Of a DNA stretch of 64,000 nucleotides, positions 43,536-64,000 are shown one piece after another (position 1 is the first letter of the stretch; each line of letters starts with the position of its first letter). The DNA is from the human T2T-CHM13v2.0 reference genome, Homo sapiens: the NCBI RefSeq assembly GCF_009914755.1, contig NC_060943.1; one strand, given 5' to 3'. A program made the position numbers and the translations under genes. The notes under the pieces were generated by a model. It had not been told where the DNA came from, did not search any database, and worked only from the letters and a program-made list of their open reading frames with translations.

Positions 43536-45040
43536 GTGAGTAACCGCTTACCTCTTCTCCAACTGCCTTTCCCGCCCTTTCGCAGCTCGTGGCCCTCTTT
43601 AGGGAGCCCTGGGGGGTGGGGAGTCGCGAGCGGGGAATCACGGTCGCGCAGGCGCAGTAGTAGTACGGTGGGCCGAAGGCGCGCGGCCGCGCATGCGCAC
43701 TGGGCCCGGGGCCGGGTGGGAGAGTTCTAGACTCGATGTTTGTCAGCCCGCGTGCAGCTGGGCCTGAGCACTCCAGGGGAGGGTGTGTTTTTTTTTTTTC
43801 TAAACGATTCTTCGTGCTTGGTTGTTCCTGCGCAGTAGCCCACCAGTGCCCCGTAGTGAAAGAGCTGCGAACCCTGAATGGCCGCACATGCGCATTGATC
43901 CCCAAGAGGGCGGAGGTGTAAAGGCAATTGGACCGCTCGGGCGACGTAGCATGCGCCTTGGCCCTCGGCGCAGAGCCGCGTGTGGACGGGTGGCGTTCGG
44001 GTAGCCGTTCTCCGCGTGCCCCCTCTACCCTCCTCCACCCTCCCTGCCCCACGTTGCTCTGGCTCACAGCCCAGCTTCCTTCCTTTTAAACCAGGCACCT
44101 GCTGAGGCGGGGACTGGCTTAGATTGACAGGGCAGAAGGCGGGACCCAGAGGCAACCCTCTAAGTGGGTGGGGATAGAACCACTGTCGTCACGATGGGTG
44201 GGATTTCGGAAGCACATTGTGAGAAGGGGCGGGGCTAAACCAACCGTTAGTTGAGGGGTGGGGTTTCGATGTGACAAAGAGGCGGGGCCTCTGGGGAATC
44301 GGGGGAGGGGCGGAGCTAAATAAACAATGAGGGGCGGGGCTTGGAGGGGCAGCGGCAGAGCGAGGAGTGGGATTTGAGTGAATAACATTGCTGAAGGGCT
44401 GCGGCCTGGGGCAGTTCCCCTGGGAACTGGTTTGGGATGGAAGCTAGGAAGGCAGTGGGGCCAAAAGGAAATATTTTAGAGGAAGGGGCGTGGCTGGAAG
44501 AAAATGTCCCTGGGATTGAGTTTTTCCTTGAGGCGAAATATTCTGAGGTGGATGGGAGGGGCCTAAGGTAATTCCCCTGGGAGACCTTTAGGTTTTTTTT
44601 TTTGTATTGGGGGAAGGGGTGGGGCATCGGTCCTACTTTAGGACCTAAAGAAATTCCCTTGGGAGTGGGTGGGGCTCAGAGATTTGGGTAAAGAAAGGGC
44701 AAATTTAGAATTCGGAGAGGCTGAGGCTTAGTGTTCTAAACGGTGGTTGGAAGGGGGAGGGAGAAACCTCATGGACGTGCCTGGGGGTGTGGCTTGGCTT
44801 CCCCTTGATTTTGGCCGGTGGATGACGCTGTCCTGACCACACCCACTCTTGTCTCACGCGTGTAGGTCTTCCACTTTCGCCTTGGTGCCTGTCTTCGCCC
44901 ACCTGAGCATCCTCCAGAGCCTCGTGCCAGCTGCTGGTGCAGCCTCTCCTGTTGCCATCAGTGCCCAGCACCTGTGCTACAGCCATGTCACTCCTGGCGA
45001 CCCTGGGGCTGGAGCTGGACAGGGCCCTGCTCCCAGCTAG
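43531..45040 (+). promoter_or_regulatory. ATF5: ATF5 uORF2 (spliced 43531-43535 + 44866-45040; 59 aa, overlapping the main ATG out of frame)
   Basis: ATGGA|GTCTTCC...AGC TAG = 180 nt; it ends 56 nt into the main CDS. Confidence 0.88.
43552..43870 (-). other. NUP62: NUP62 / long IL4I1 first-exon region (5' end approximate, multiple starts likely)
   Basis: Strong minus-strand donor GAG|GTAAGC at 43551-43546, inside the CpG island. Confidence 0.7.
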
Positions 45041-45162
45041 TGGGCTGGGATGGCTCGTAGACTATGGGAAACTCCCCCCGGCCCCTGCCCCCCTGGCTCC
45101 CTATGAGGTCCTTGGGGGAGCCCTGGAGGGCGGGCTTCCAGTGGGGGGAGAGCCCCTGGCAG
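44985..45162 (+). CDS. ATF5: ATF5 first coding exon ([17 protein letters not shown]...GGEPLA; exon starts at 44866)
   Basis: GCCATGT start and CAG|GTAAGG donor; 178 nt. Confidence 0.96.
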
Positions 45163-45393
45163 GTAAGGGCAGGTGGAAGGTGGAGCTGGGGAGTGGAGGG
45201 CAGGGGAAGATGGGGGAGGAAGAACTCATCCATGTATTCAATAAATATTGAGTGCCTACAATGTGCCAGGCACTGTTTTAGGTGCTGAGGATACGGCTGG
45301 GAACAAGAAGAACATGGTCTGTGCCTTCCAGCAGCTCACACTGTGGGGAGTAGACCAGAGATAAATTAAATGAGAGTGTATTGGAATAAGTCA

Positions 45394-45780
<387 letters not shown>

Positions 45781-46084
45781 TTAAAATAAAAAAAAAGTAG
45801 GGAAGGAATGAGGAAAACACCCAAGGGAAGAGCATTTTAGTTGGAGGGAACTGTATATGCAGAAGCCCTCAGGAGGCAGGAATCATTTCATTCATTACTG
45901 TATCCCAAATGCTTGGCACATAGTGGGTTTTCAATAATTAATGAGTAAAGATGAAACAAGGCGTATGTGCGTGTGTATCTGTGTGTGTAATGTGATCTAG
46001 TTTGCCTTTTAAAAACAGAGAATAGAGACACCACAGATACAGAGTACTCGGTAAAGGAGATGTTGGAATGGTTGAAGAAATGCT

Positions 46085-46445
46085 TGGTTGACTGTTGCTT
46101 GAGTCATTGGTTGGTTGGCTGGTTCTTTTTTTCTTTTTTAATTTTTTTTTTCTCCTGGACCCTCTTATGGGTTAAGACTGATTCTTTCATTGGCTAATTT
46201 GTTGGGTTTTGGTTAACTGGTTCATTGGTTGATTAATGGGTTGATTGGTTGGTTGACTGATTTATTTGGTTGGTTGACCGATTCCCTGATTGATTGGTCG
46301 ACTAGTTCATTGGTTGGTTGGTTGGTTGGTTGGTTGACTGGGTGGTTAGATGGTTGATTGTTGGTTGGTTCGTTGACTGGTTTATTGGTTTCTTCACTGG
46401 TTTGTTGGTTTATTGACTGGTTTGATGATTCAGTGGTTAGTTGTT
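46085..46445. repeat. Degenerate (TTGG)n/(TTGA)n simple repeat in ATF5 intron 2
   Basis: Visible tetranucleotide periodicity, with a pure core at about 46310-46335. Confidence 0.9.
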
Positions 46446-46555
46446 TTACTGAATGAATGGGACAGATGCACCTGAATGAGACGTGAGTCAGCACCCAACT
46501 ACGCAGAAGACCAGCAACTCAGGGAATTTTGTGTCCCTCCCCACTTTAATCCCAG

Positions 46556-47226
46556 GTGATGGCTTCTCTGACTGGATGACTGAGCGAGTTGATTTCACAG
46601 CTCTCCTCCCTCTGGAGCCTCCCCTACCCCCCGGCACCCTCCCCCAACCTTCCCCAACCCCACCTGACCTGGAAGCTATGGCCTCCCTCCTCAAGAAGGA
46701 GCTGGAACAGATGGAAGACTTCTTCCTAGATGCCCCGCTCCTCCCACCACCCTCCCCGCCGCCACTACCACCACCACCACTACCACCAGCCCCCTCCCTC
46801 CCCCTGTCCCTCCCCTCCTTTGACCTCCCCCAGCCCCCTGTCTTGGATACTCTGGACTTGCTGGCCATCTACTGTCGCAACGAGGCCGGGCAGGAGGAAG
46901 TGGGGATGCCGCCTCTGCCCCCGCCACAGCAGCCCCCTCCTCCTTCTCCACCTCAACCTTCTCGCCTGGCCCCCTACCCACATCCTGCCACCACCCGAGG
47001 GGACCGCAAGCAAAAGAAGAGAGACCAGAACAAGTCGGCGGCTCTGAGGTACCGCCAGCGGAAGCGGGCAGAGGGTGAGGCCCTGGAGGGCGAGTGCCAG
47101 GGGCTGGAGGCACGGAATCGCGAGCTGAAGGAACGGGCAGAGTCCGTGGAGCGCGAGATCCAGTACGTCAAGGACCTGCTCATCGAGGTTTACAAGGCCC
47201 GGAGCCAGAGGACCCGTAGCTGCTAG
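46556..47226 (+). CDS. ATF5: ATF5 last coding exon (Pro-rich region plus bZIP); 282 aa in total
   Basis: CCCAG| acceptor; [25 protein letters not shown] basic region and leucine zipper; 178+671 = 849 nt. Confidence 0.98.
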
Positions 47227-47271
47227 AAGGGCAGGGGTGTGGCTTCTGGGGGCTGGTCTTCAGCTCTGGCG
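47198..47271 (+). ncRNA. MIR4751: pre-miR-4751 annotation spanning the ATF5 stop codon
   Basis: GCCAGAG..GACC pairs with GGTC..CTCTGGC; contains AGAGGACCCGTAGCTGCTAGAAGG, which I recall as miR-4751. Confidence 0.65.
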
Positions 47272-47312
47272 CCTTCATCCCCCTGCCTCTACCTTCATTC
47301 CAAACCCCTCTC

Positions 47313-47444
47313 GGCCGGGTGCAGTGGCTTATGCTTGTAATCCCAGCACTTTGGGAGGCCAAGGCAGGAGGATCGTTTGAGGCCAGGAGGTCAATACCAG
47401 CCTGGGCAACATAGTAAGACCCTGTCTCTATTAAAAAAAAAAAA
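47313..47444 (+). mobile_element. Alu left monomer (FLAM-like) in the ATF5 3' UTR
   Basis: GGCCGGGTGCAGTGGCT...CCCTGTCTCTATT(A)n; single arm only. Confidence 0.85.
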
Positions 47445-48045
47445 TCAACCCTTCTTCCCCACCAAACCACCCAACTCCTCTCTACTCTTATCCTTTTATC
47501 CTCTGTCTCTGCTTATCACCTCTCTTGCGTATTTCTGGATCTCCTTCCCTCCTTTCTCGTCCAAATCATGAAATGTTTGGCCTTAGTCAATGTCTATGCC
47601 CGTCACATAACAGCCGAGGCACCGAGGCCCACAGGGAAGCAGCTGGGAGCTTGGAAACCTGGTCTCTTGAATTTCAAACCTGGTTTCTTACAGGTGGTTG
47701 TCTGGGGTGGGTGGAGTGGCGACAGGATAGAGCTGAAGGACTATGCAAATGAGGAAGTAAGTCAGGGCGGGCTTTGAGAAGGGGACCCATATCCTACAGG
47801 CAAAAAGCAGGCTAGGTGACCTTGGGACACTACGCTAAGGGAGGGAGGCTAAAGGCGGCCAGGTTTGCAGTGCGGGAAGATGAGCAGGCCAGTGGGAGGA
47901 GGGGCAGGGCAGGGCTGTAGTTGGTGACTGGGTGTTCATTTTAGCTCTAAGAAAAAAAATCAGTGTTTCGTGAAGGTGTTGGAGAGGGGCTGTGTCTGGG
48001 TGAGGGATGGCGGGGTACTGATTTTTTTGGGAGGTTATGAGCAAA

Positions 48046-48051
48046 AATAAA
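48046..48051 (+). terminator. ATF5: ATF5 poly(A) signal AATAAA
   Basis: AATAAA followed by a GT-rich element (TGGCTTGTGCATCTTGTCTTTG). Confidence 0.8.
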
Positions 48052-48110
48052 ACGAAACATTTCCTCTGGCTTGTGCATCTTGTCTTTGAGAGAAGCAGCT
48101 GGGGAGAGGC

Positions 48111-51025
<2,915 letters not shown>

Positions 51026-51419
51026 AAAAAAACCTGCCCAATTCTTGTCTCACTTGCAAATCTTTTGCTTCTCCCTATTGCAATGTCCTCACCTTTATAG
51101 CAATAGTCCCTTTCCCACCTTAAAAAAATCCTTTCAAATAAAGTTTCTTTCCTCAAGGCTGCAGTGAGCCATGATTGCGTCTGGGTGACATAGCCAGACT
51201 GAGTCTCTAAATAAAGTCTCCTCACCAAGTATGATTTTTTTAATTGAGGTGAAATTCATATAATAGAAAACCATTTTACAGGGAACATTTCATAGAACAG
51301 TGGCATTTAGTACATTCGCGGTTCTGTGCAACTACTGCCTCTCTTTCCTAATCACTTCTATCACTCCAAAAGAAAACCTCATCCCCGTTAAGCAGTTACT
51401 TCCCACTTCTGCCTTCTGA

Positions 51420-51609
<190 letters not shown>

Positions 51610-51948
51610 TAGCTGGGACCACAGGTGCACACCACCAAGTCCAGATAATTTTTGTATTTTTAGTAGAGACGGGGTTTCACCATGTTGGCCAGGCTGGTCT
51701 CGACTCCTGACCTCACGTGATCCGCCCACCTCAGCCTTCCAAACTGCTGGGACTATAGGTGTGACCCACCGCGCCGGGCGCGAAATGATTTCTTACTGTG
51801 AGTCATGGTCAGAAAAGTTTGAAAGCCACTGGTAGGCTCCCCCCAGCTTGACATACTGATTTTCAGACAATAGCCGGTTTGCAGACCCCACGCTTCCAAA
51901 ACCAATCATTTCTGGCCTCTGGGCGGAGTTTGTCTTAGCAGGAGTCTG

Positions 51949-51962
51949 CCGCCAGGTGGCGC
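51949..51962 (+). promoter_or_regulatory. CTCF motif CCGCCAGGTGGCGC in a CpG-rich intergenic patch
   Basis: Close match to the CTCF core CCASYAGRKGGCRS; binding is inferred. Confidence 0.6.
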
Positions 51963-52581
51963 GCGTACCCCGCCGGGAGTGGGTTTTGCTCCATCCCAGA
52001 CTCAGACCGTCCAAGCCGGTGATTTCCTTCTGGTCGGTTTACGGGGACTAGAAGCCCTGACTTCGAATACAGTTCACAAAGCAGACCCCTGCAGGGGGTT
52101 TTAGGCGGCTAAGAAGGGAATTGGCTCTCCTAAGACTCTCTTTCTCCAGAGAGCTCATTAAATGCCTCCCGCGCCAGAAGGGGTCCCCGCCCCCGGAGCT
52201 CGCATCCCAGTGGGGAGGACACACACAAACCCCATTCGCGATCCCGTCAGTGCAGGGAGGCTCCGGCCTGGGGCCGAAGAGCCGAGTCTCTCTGGTGCCT
52301 GACAGCACGGGATAGAGCCCCGCCCGGCCACCTGCTGGCTGTGTGACCTTGGGAATAGTGCTTGGCCTCGCTGTGCCTTGGTTCCCTCCACTATAAAATG
52401 GCAGTGATAACAGCAGCCACTTCATAGGGTTCCGGGCATTGCGTAAGTTAATACATGCAAAGCGCTCAGAAGGGATGGTGCATGTTTGTCGAACCCGTTG
52501 TTAAAAATTCCCATTTTAGGCTGGGCGCAGTCACTCACACCTGTAATCCCAGCACTTCGGGAGGCCGAGGCGGGCGGATCA

Positions 52582-52817
<236 letters not shown>

Positions 52818-53130
52818 TTACAGAAGAGAAAACCAAGGACAAGAACAGGGTAGTGAATCACCAAGCCCACATTTTTTTTTTTTTTTTCTGCAGGAAGATC
52901 TCCAAGTTGAGTCCAGTGGTCTGACTCCCAGCCCAGATGGCCTTCCCTCGGCCTTGTGCTTGCTTGCTTGGGGTGGAAGTGGAGCCAGCTCCCTTGGGAT
53001 AGCTGCTCAAGCCCCGAGTGAAATCCTCCCGCAGAGGACATTGGCCCCCTGTTGGCATCAGTGCTGGGACTCGAATGAAACTCTGTTTCTGCCTGGGTCA
53101 GGAGAATAGCTAGATTAAATAAATAAGTCA

Positions 53131-53562
<432 letters not shown>

Positions 53563-53691
53563 TTAAGGCTGGGCGCAGTGGCTCACGCCTGTAATCCCAG
53601 CACTTTGGGAGGCTGAGGTGGGCGGATCACGAGGTCAGGAGATTGAGACCATCCTTGCTAACATGGTGAAACTGTGTCTCTACTAAAATTA

Positions 53692-53850
<159 letters not shown>

Positions 53851-55017
53851 TCAAAAAAAAAAAAAAAAAAATATAGGCTAAAATAAACAAAGGACTGCCA
53901 CCACGGCCACGGCCACTACCGACACCTCACCAGGGGCCAAAGCATGTATTTCCCAGAGCCTGAGAGCTGCATGCCTGGGGCTGCTGCCATTGACAGCAGT
54001 CCTGCCCCTGCACCAGCAGCAGTGCCATGCACATTTGTACATGCCCTGAGGACAGGATCTCCTTGCCGACAACTGCCACTACCACTAACACCCAAGCATG
54101 CCACATAGCAGCCAAGGGATTGCCTCAGCCTGTTCACCACCTGCACCCACGTGCACCACCACAGGGCCTGAGGACGGGCCCACCCAGTCAGGCACTGCTC
54201 CCCACAATGCCCAAGCATGCTGCCTAGGGCCCTGGCATTGCCCTGCCCATCTGCCACCACTGGTATCTATATACTCCTCCTGGGGGTCTGAGGATGGGTC
54301 TACCCAGCCTGCTGCCACCATCACCACTGGCACACACTGACATGCATCACCCACCTAGCCCATCTCAGCCACTGGTAACACCAGTGTTTGCTGCCTGGGA
54401 AGTTAAGGATTGTCCCACCATTGCCACTGCCACCATCATGCCATGCATGCAGCCCAGGGACCCAAGGACCCACTCATCATCCTTGCTGACTGCTGCCCCT
54501 GCTGGCACCAAAGTGAGCCACGTGGAGGTTCATGAATTGGCCCATCTGGACCTGTTAACACCAGTACTTGTGTATACCCCCAAAGGCCAAAGGATAGGTA
54601 TGCTCAGCCTGCCTCTGTCACCACTGGAGGCCAAGGATTGACCCACCTGGCATCCCATCCCCAGCAAAGTCTCAATACAGCCTCCAGTGACAACCACATC
54701 CTAAGCCACTGAGGAAGTCAGACACTACTAATGCTGTTTGTAGCTGAAAAAATCATAGAGACTACATGACTGCACGCTAGAATCAAAGCTGAAGAGCATT
54801 ACCCAGTGAACACCACAGATACGATGTCTTCATGAAAAAGTCTTCCGTTATGAAAGCCAATCCAAAAAATGGGAAGAAGTGACTGTTACACCAGACGCGC
54901 AAAAATCAATGTAGGGACATAAGAGACTTGAAAAAGCAAGAAAATATGAAACCTCCAAAGGAGTGTGATAATGCTCACACAACAAATTCCAATGAAAAGA
55001 AATTTATAAAGTGCCAG

Positions 55018-56235
<1,218 letters not shown>

Positions 56236-56431
56236 TTAGGAAGCTGAGGCAGGGGAATCACTTGAACCCAGGAGGCGGAGGTTGCAGTAAGCCGAGATTG
56301 TGCCACTGCTCTCCAGCCTGAGTAACAGAGTGAGACTCTGTCTCAAAAAACAAACAAACAGCCTGGGCGTGGCGACTCATGCCTGTAATCCCAGCACTTT
56401 GGGAGGCCGAGGTGGGCGGATCACGAGGTCA

Positions 56432-56659
<228 letters not shown>

Positions 56660-57993
56660 TCAAGTCTCTAGGCATAGAAGGAACATATCTCAACACAATA
56701 AAGGCCATCTATGACAAACTCACAACGAACGTTATACTGAATGGGGAAAAGCTGAAAACCTTTTCTCAAAGAACTAGAATAAGACAAGGAAGTCTACCTC
56801 TACCACTCCTATTAAACATAGTACCAGAAGCCCTAGCCAGAACAATCAGACAAGATAATGAAACAAAAGGTATCCAAATTGGAAAACAGGAAGTCAAATA
56901 GTCCTTATTTGCAGATTGCATGATCTTATACTTAGAAAAACTTCATCAGAAAACTTTTAGGTCTGATAAACCAATTGTGGCAGGATACAAAATCAACATA
57001 CAAAAATCAGTAGCAAACCTATACACCAATAATGAACTGGCTGAAAAAGAAATCAAGAAAGCAATCCCATTTACAATAGCTACAAAAAAAAAAAAAGAAA
57101 AAGAAAAAGAAACTTAGGAATAAATTTAACTAAGGAAATGAAAGACTTTGACAAGAAAAACTACAAAACACTGATGAAAGAAGCTGAAGATGCAAACGAA
57201 TGGAAAGGCATCTTGTACTCATGGATTGGAAGAATATTGTTAAGATAACATTACTACCCAGAGCAACCTATGGATTGAATGCAATCCCTAGCAAGAAACC
57301 AATGACAATTTAGGAAAAGCAATCCTAAAATTCGTATGGAACCAAAAAAGCTTGAATAACCAGAGCAATCCTGGGCAAAAAGAACAAAGCTGGAGGCACC
57401 ACACTACTTGACTTCAGAATGTATTATAAAGCTATAATAACCACAACAGCATGGTGTTGCTATAAAAACAGACACATAGACCAGGGGAACAGAACAGAGA
57501 ACCCAGAAATAAACCCACATATTTACAGCCAACTGATTTTCAACGAAGGTGCCAAGAACTTACATTGGGAAAAAGACATCCTCTTCAATAGATGGTGCTG
57601 AGAAAACTGGGTATCCATATGCAGAAGAATGAAATTAGACCCCCATCTCTCACCATATACAAAAACCGACTCAAAATGGAATAGAAACTTAAGCGTGAGA
57701 CCTGAAAGTATAAAACTACTAAAATGAAACATAGGAAAAATTATCCAAGACATTGGTCTAGGCAAAGATTTTATGGTTAAGACTTCAAAAGAACAGGCAA
57801 CAAAAACAAAAATAGACAGATGGGACTACATTAAACCAAAAGCTTCTTCGCAGAAAAGGAAACAGCCAATGGAATGAACAGACAGTATGTTGAATGGGAG
57901 ACAATACTTGCAAATTATTCATCTGACCAAGGACTAATATCCAGAATATACAAGGAATGCAAACAACTCAACAGCAAAAGAACAACCACATTA

Positions 57994-58173
<180 letters not shown>

Positions 58174-58176
58174 TTA

Positions 58177-58392
<216 letters not shown>

Positions 58393-58465
58393 CTAATCAT
58401 CGGAGAAATGCAAATAAAAACCACAGTGAGATATCATCTTACCCTGGTTAGAATGGCTATTATAA

Positions 58466-58870
<405 letters not shown>

Positions 58871-59085
58871 TAGTCATTATGAGAAGAGTATGGCGATTTC
58901 TTCAAAAACTAAACCTAGAACTACCATATGAGTCAGCAATCCCACTACTGGGTATGTATCCAAAAGAAAGGAAGTCAATATATCAAAAGGATACCTGCAC
59001 CTCCATGTAGATTACACCACTATTCATAACAGTAAAGATACGGAATCAACCTAAATGTCTATCAATTTATCTATTTCTTTTATAA

Positions 59086-59175
<90 letters not shown>

Positions 59176-59192
59176 TGAGACCATCCTGGCTA

Positions 59193-59526
<334 letters not shown>

Positions 59527-59701
59527 TCAAAGGTCAGCTGTACACACACATAGACACACAAAACATGCATAATACAGTTGAATACTACTCAGCCATAAGA
59601 TAAAGAAATCCTGCCATTTGCAACAACAGAGTTAACTCTAAATCAGACGTAGACAAATACCGTGCTATCTCACGGATGCGTGGAATCCACAGAAGTCAAA
59701 C

Positions 59702-60915
<1,214 letters not shown>

Positions 60916-61166
60916 AAACTCATGGAAACAAAGTAGAATTAGAACCGTGGTTGCTGGGGGCTAGGAGGGGAGAAAAACAGACAGATGTCGGTCAAAGGGT
61001 AGAAACTTGCATTTACAAGATGGGGTCAGCCCGGCATGGTGGCTCACACCTGTAATCTTAGCACTTTTGGAGGCTGAGGCGGGAGGACTGCTTGAGGCCA
61101 GGACTTTGAGACCAGCCTGGGCAACATGGTGAGATCTCGTTTCTTTCTTTTCTTTTCTTTTTTTGA

Positions 61167-61340
<174 letters not shown>

Positions 61341-61451
61341 TGATTACAGGCGTGAGGCACCGCACCCTGCCGTGAGATCCCGTTTCTACAAAATAAATAA
61401 ATAAATAAATAATTACCTGGGTGTGATGGCATGTGCCTGTGGTTCTAGCTA

Positions 61452-62000
<549 letters not shown>

Positions 62001-62325
62001 TTAAAAAAAAAAAAAAAAAGGAGAGAGACCTATGAAGGTGATGGAACAGGTAGTGCTCATTTCAGAATGTATACAAATATCAAAACATCATGATGTTCAT
62101 GGTAAATATACTCAATTTTTATCTTTCAGTTATGCCTCAAAAATCTGGAAAAAGAAAAAAAAAACCCTTTAGAGTGGAGGAGAAGGAAGCAAGTGGGGCA
62201 CAGGGAGAAACGAGCTGAGACACAGACCAACCCCAGCGTCAGCTGAGACTTCAGAGACTTCTGAGGCTGGAACTGCCCTGCAGAGGCCACCATCAGGGTC
62301 AGGATGGTCAGAACTTTATACCTAG

Positions 62326-62628
<303 letters not shown>

Positions 62629-63099
62629 TGATCCACCTGCCTTGGCCTCCCAAAGTGCTGGGATTACAGGTGTGAGCTACTGTGCCCGGCCTTATTTATT
62701 TATTTTTGAGACAGAGCCTCACTCTGTTGCCCAGGCTGGGGTGCAGTGGTGCAATCTCAGCTCGCTGCAACCTCTGCCTCCTGAGTTCAAGTGATTCTCG
62801 TGCCTCAGCCTCCTGAGTAGCTGGGTCTACAGGTGTGCACCACCACATCTGGCTAATTTTTGTATTTTTGGTAGAGATGGGGTTTCACCATGTTGGCCAG
62901 GCTGGTCTTGAACTCCTGACCTCATGTGATCTGCCTGCCTTGGCCTCCCAAAGTGCTGGGATTACAGGTGTGAGCCACTGCACCCAGCCTGGATGCTTTA
63001 TTTTAATGATTTCCTTTCTGTCCCACTACAGCCCTGTGATTTAGGCTTATTGTGTCTATTTTACTGAGGAGTAAGATGACTTACTCAAACTCAGGCTTT

Positions 63100-64000
63100 A
63101 TTTATTCATTTATTTATTTAGAAACAGAGTCTCACTCTGTTGCCCAGGCTGGAGTGCAGTGGGACGATCTCGGCTCACTGCAACCTCCACCTCCCGGGTT
63201 CAACCAATTCTCTGCCTAGTCTCCCGAGTAGCTGGGATTTTAGGCGCCCGCCACCATGCCCGGCTAATTTTTGTATTTTTAGTAGAGATGGGGTTTCACC
63301 ATCTTGCCCAGGCTGGTCTTGAACTCCTGACTTGTGATCCACCCACTTCAGCCTCCCAAAGTGTTGAGATTACAGGCGTGAGCCACCATGCCCAGCCTTT
63401 TTTTTTTTTTTAAATGTTCAAATGGGAACCACTTGGACTTGGTCCTCTCACTCTCCCTCTTCTGAAGGAAGAGCATGGTCATCAACGGGGAATGGCAGTT
63501 GCAGCAAACAACTCCAGGAGCTGGCTTCTCGTTCTGGAGAGCACCCTGTGCCTCCTCTGCCTGGTTTCCTGTGCTTTACACATCCAGAGAAGCTTCTGTA
63601 GTAATGAACCATAGACACGATGCCTCAAAGTGTCATCTTCAAACTCGCTCTGAATTGAAAGTATAATCTTCAGCCAGCTGTGGTGGCTCACGTCTGTAAT
63701 CCCAGCACTTTGGGAGGCAGAGGCGGGCAGATTGCTTGAGCCCAGGAGTCTGAGACCAGCCAGGGAAACATGGCAAAACCCTGTCTCTACTAAAAATATA
63801 ACAATGAGCCTGGCATGGTGGCTCACAATTGTAGTCCCAGCTACTTGGGAGGCTGAAATGGGAGGCTCACTTCAACCTGGCAGGTTGAGGCTACAGTGAG
63901 CTGAGATTGCACCACTGGACTCTGGCCTGGAGGACAGAGTCAGACCCTGTCTCAAAAAAAGTATAATCTTCAAACTCAAGCTCTTCATTGGGGATGGGGC
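63100..64000 (-). other. Probable distal 3' UTR of the next gene (SIGLEC11 by synteny), containing two oppositely oriented Alus
   Basis: Rests on locus knowledge only; no coding sequence is in the window. AATAAA repeats on the minus strand at 63098-63120 are part of an Alu tail. Confidence 0.4.

Larger units (their letters stand above)
43200..44400. promoter_or_regulatory. CpG island holding the overlapping ATF5 (+) and NUP62/IL4I1-long (-) promoters
   Basis: High CpG density; TATATAT 43308-43314 with Inr CTCATTC around 43340; NRF1-type GCGCATGCGC 43689-43698 and GCGCAGGCGC 43646-43655; GC-box cluster 44226-44341. Confidence 0.9.

Noticed and set aside
43372-44067. 231-aa minus-strand ORF across the CpG island
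   Set aside because: Non-ATG start, crosses the NUP62 donor, and is a GC-driven open frame with no motif.
46222-46494. Asn/Gln/Pro-rich 90-aa ORF
   Set aside because: Translation of the (CCAA)n simple repeat.
56920-57765. Reverse-transcriptase/ORF2-like peptides
   Set aside because: Decayed L1 with stops, frameshifts and Alu interruptions; not an active or domesticated gene.

Overview
Human (primate) genomic DNA, GC-rich and very Alu-dense, recognisable from its proteins as the 19q13.33 TBC1D17 - IL4I1 - NUP62 - ATF5 locus. On the + strand are the last four coding exons of TBC1D17 (MIR4750 at the 3' end of one intron) and the complete ATF5 gene (TATA/Inr, uORF1, uORF2, 282-aa bZIP CDS, MIR4751 over the stop codon). 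On the - strand are the complete IL4I1 L-amino-acid oxidase gene (7 coding exons, 1704 nt = 567 aa + stop, plus an upstream alternative coding exon giving 589 aa) and the intronless NUP62 CDS (522 aa), which lies inside the long IL4I1 unit and shares its 5' exons. The distal 16 kb is mostly repeats: an Alu cluster, an old fragmented L1, a solo LTR13 and a four-level nested insertion. It probably ends in the SIGLEC11 3' UTR (by synteny only). I found no novel multi-gene system. The best unexplained signal is a 92-bp, 1-mismatch copy of the start of IL4I1 intron 6, beginning at the GT donor, fused to the 5' end of an Alu 1060 bp away. Other points of interest: a second 148-bp intronic duplication, an IL4I1 stop codon embedded in its own poly(A) signal, and back-to-back ATF5/NUP62 splice donors in 16 bp. 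Gene, miRNA and repeat names come from recognition, not database search, and repeat boundaries are approximate.
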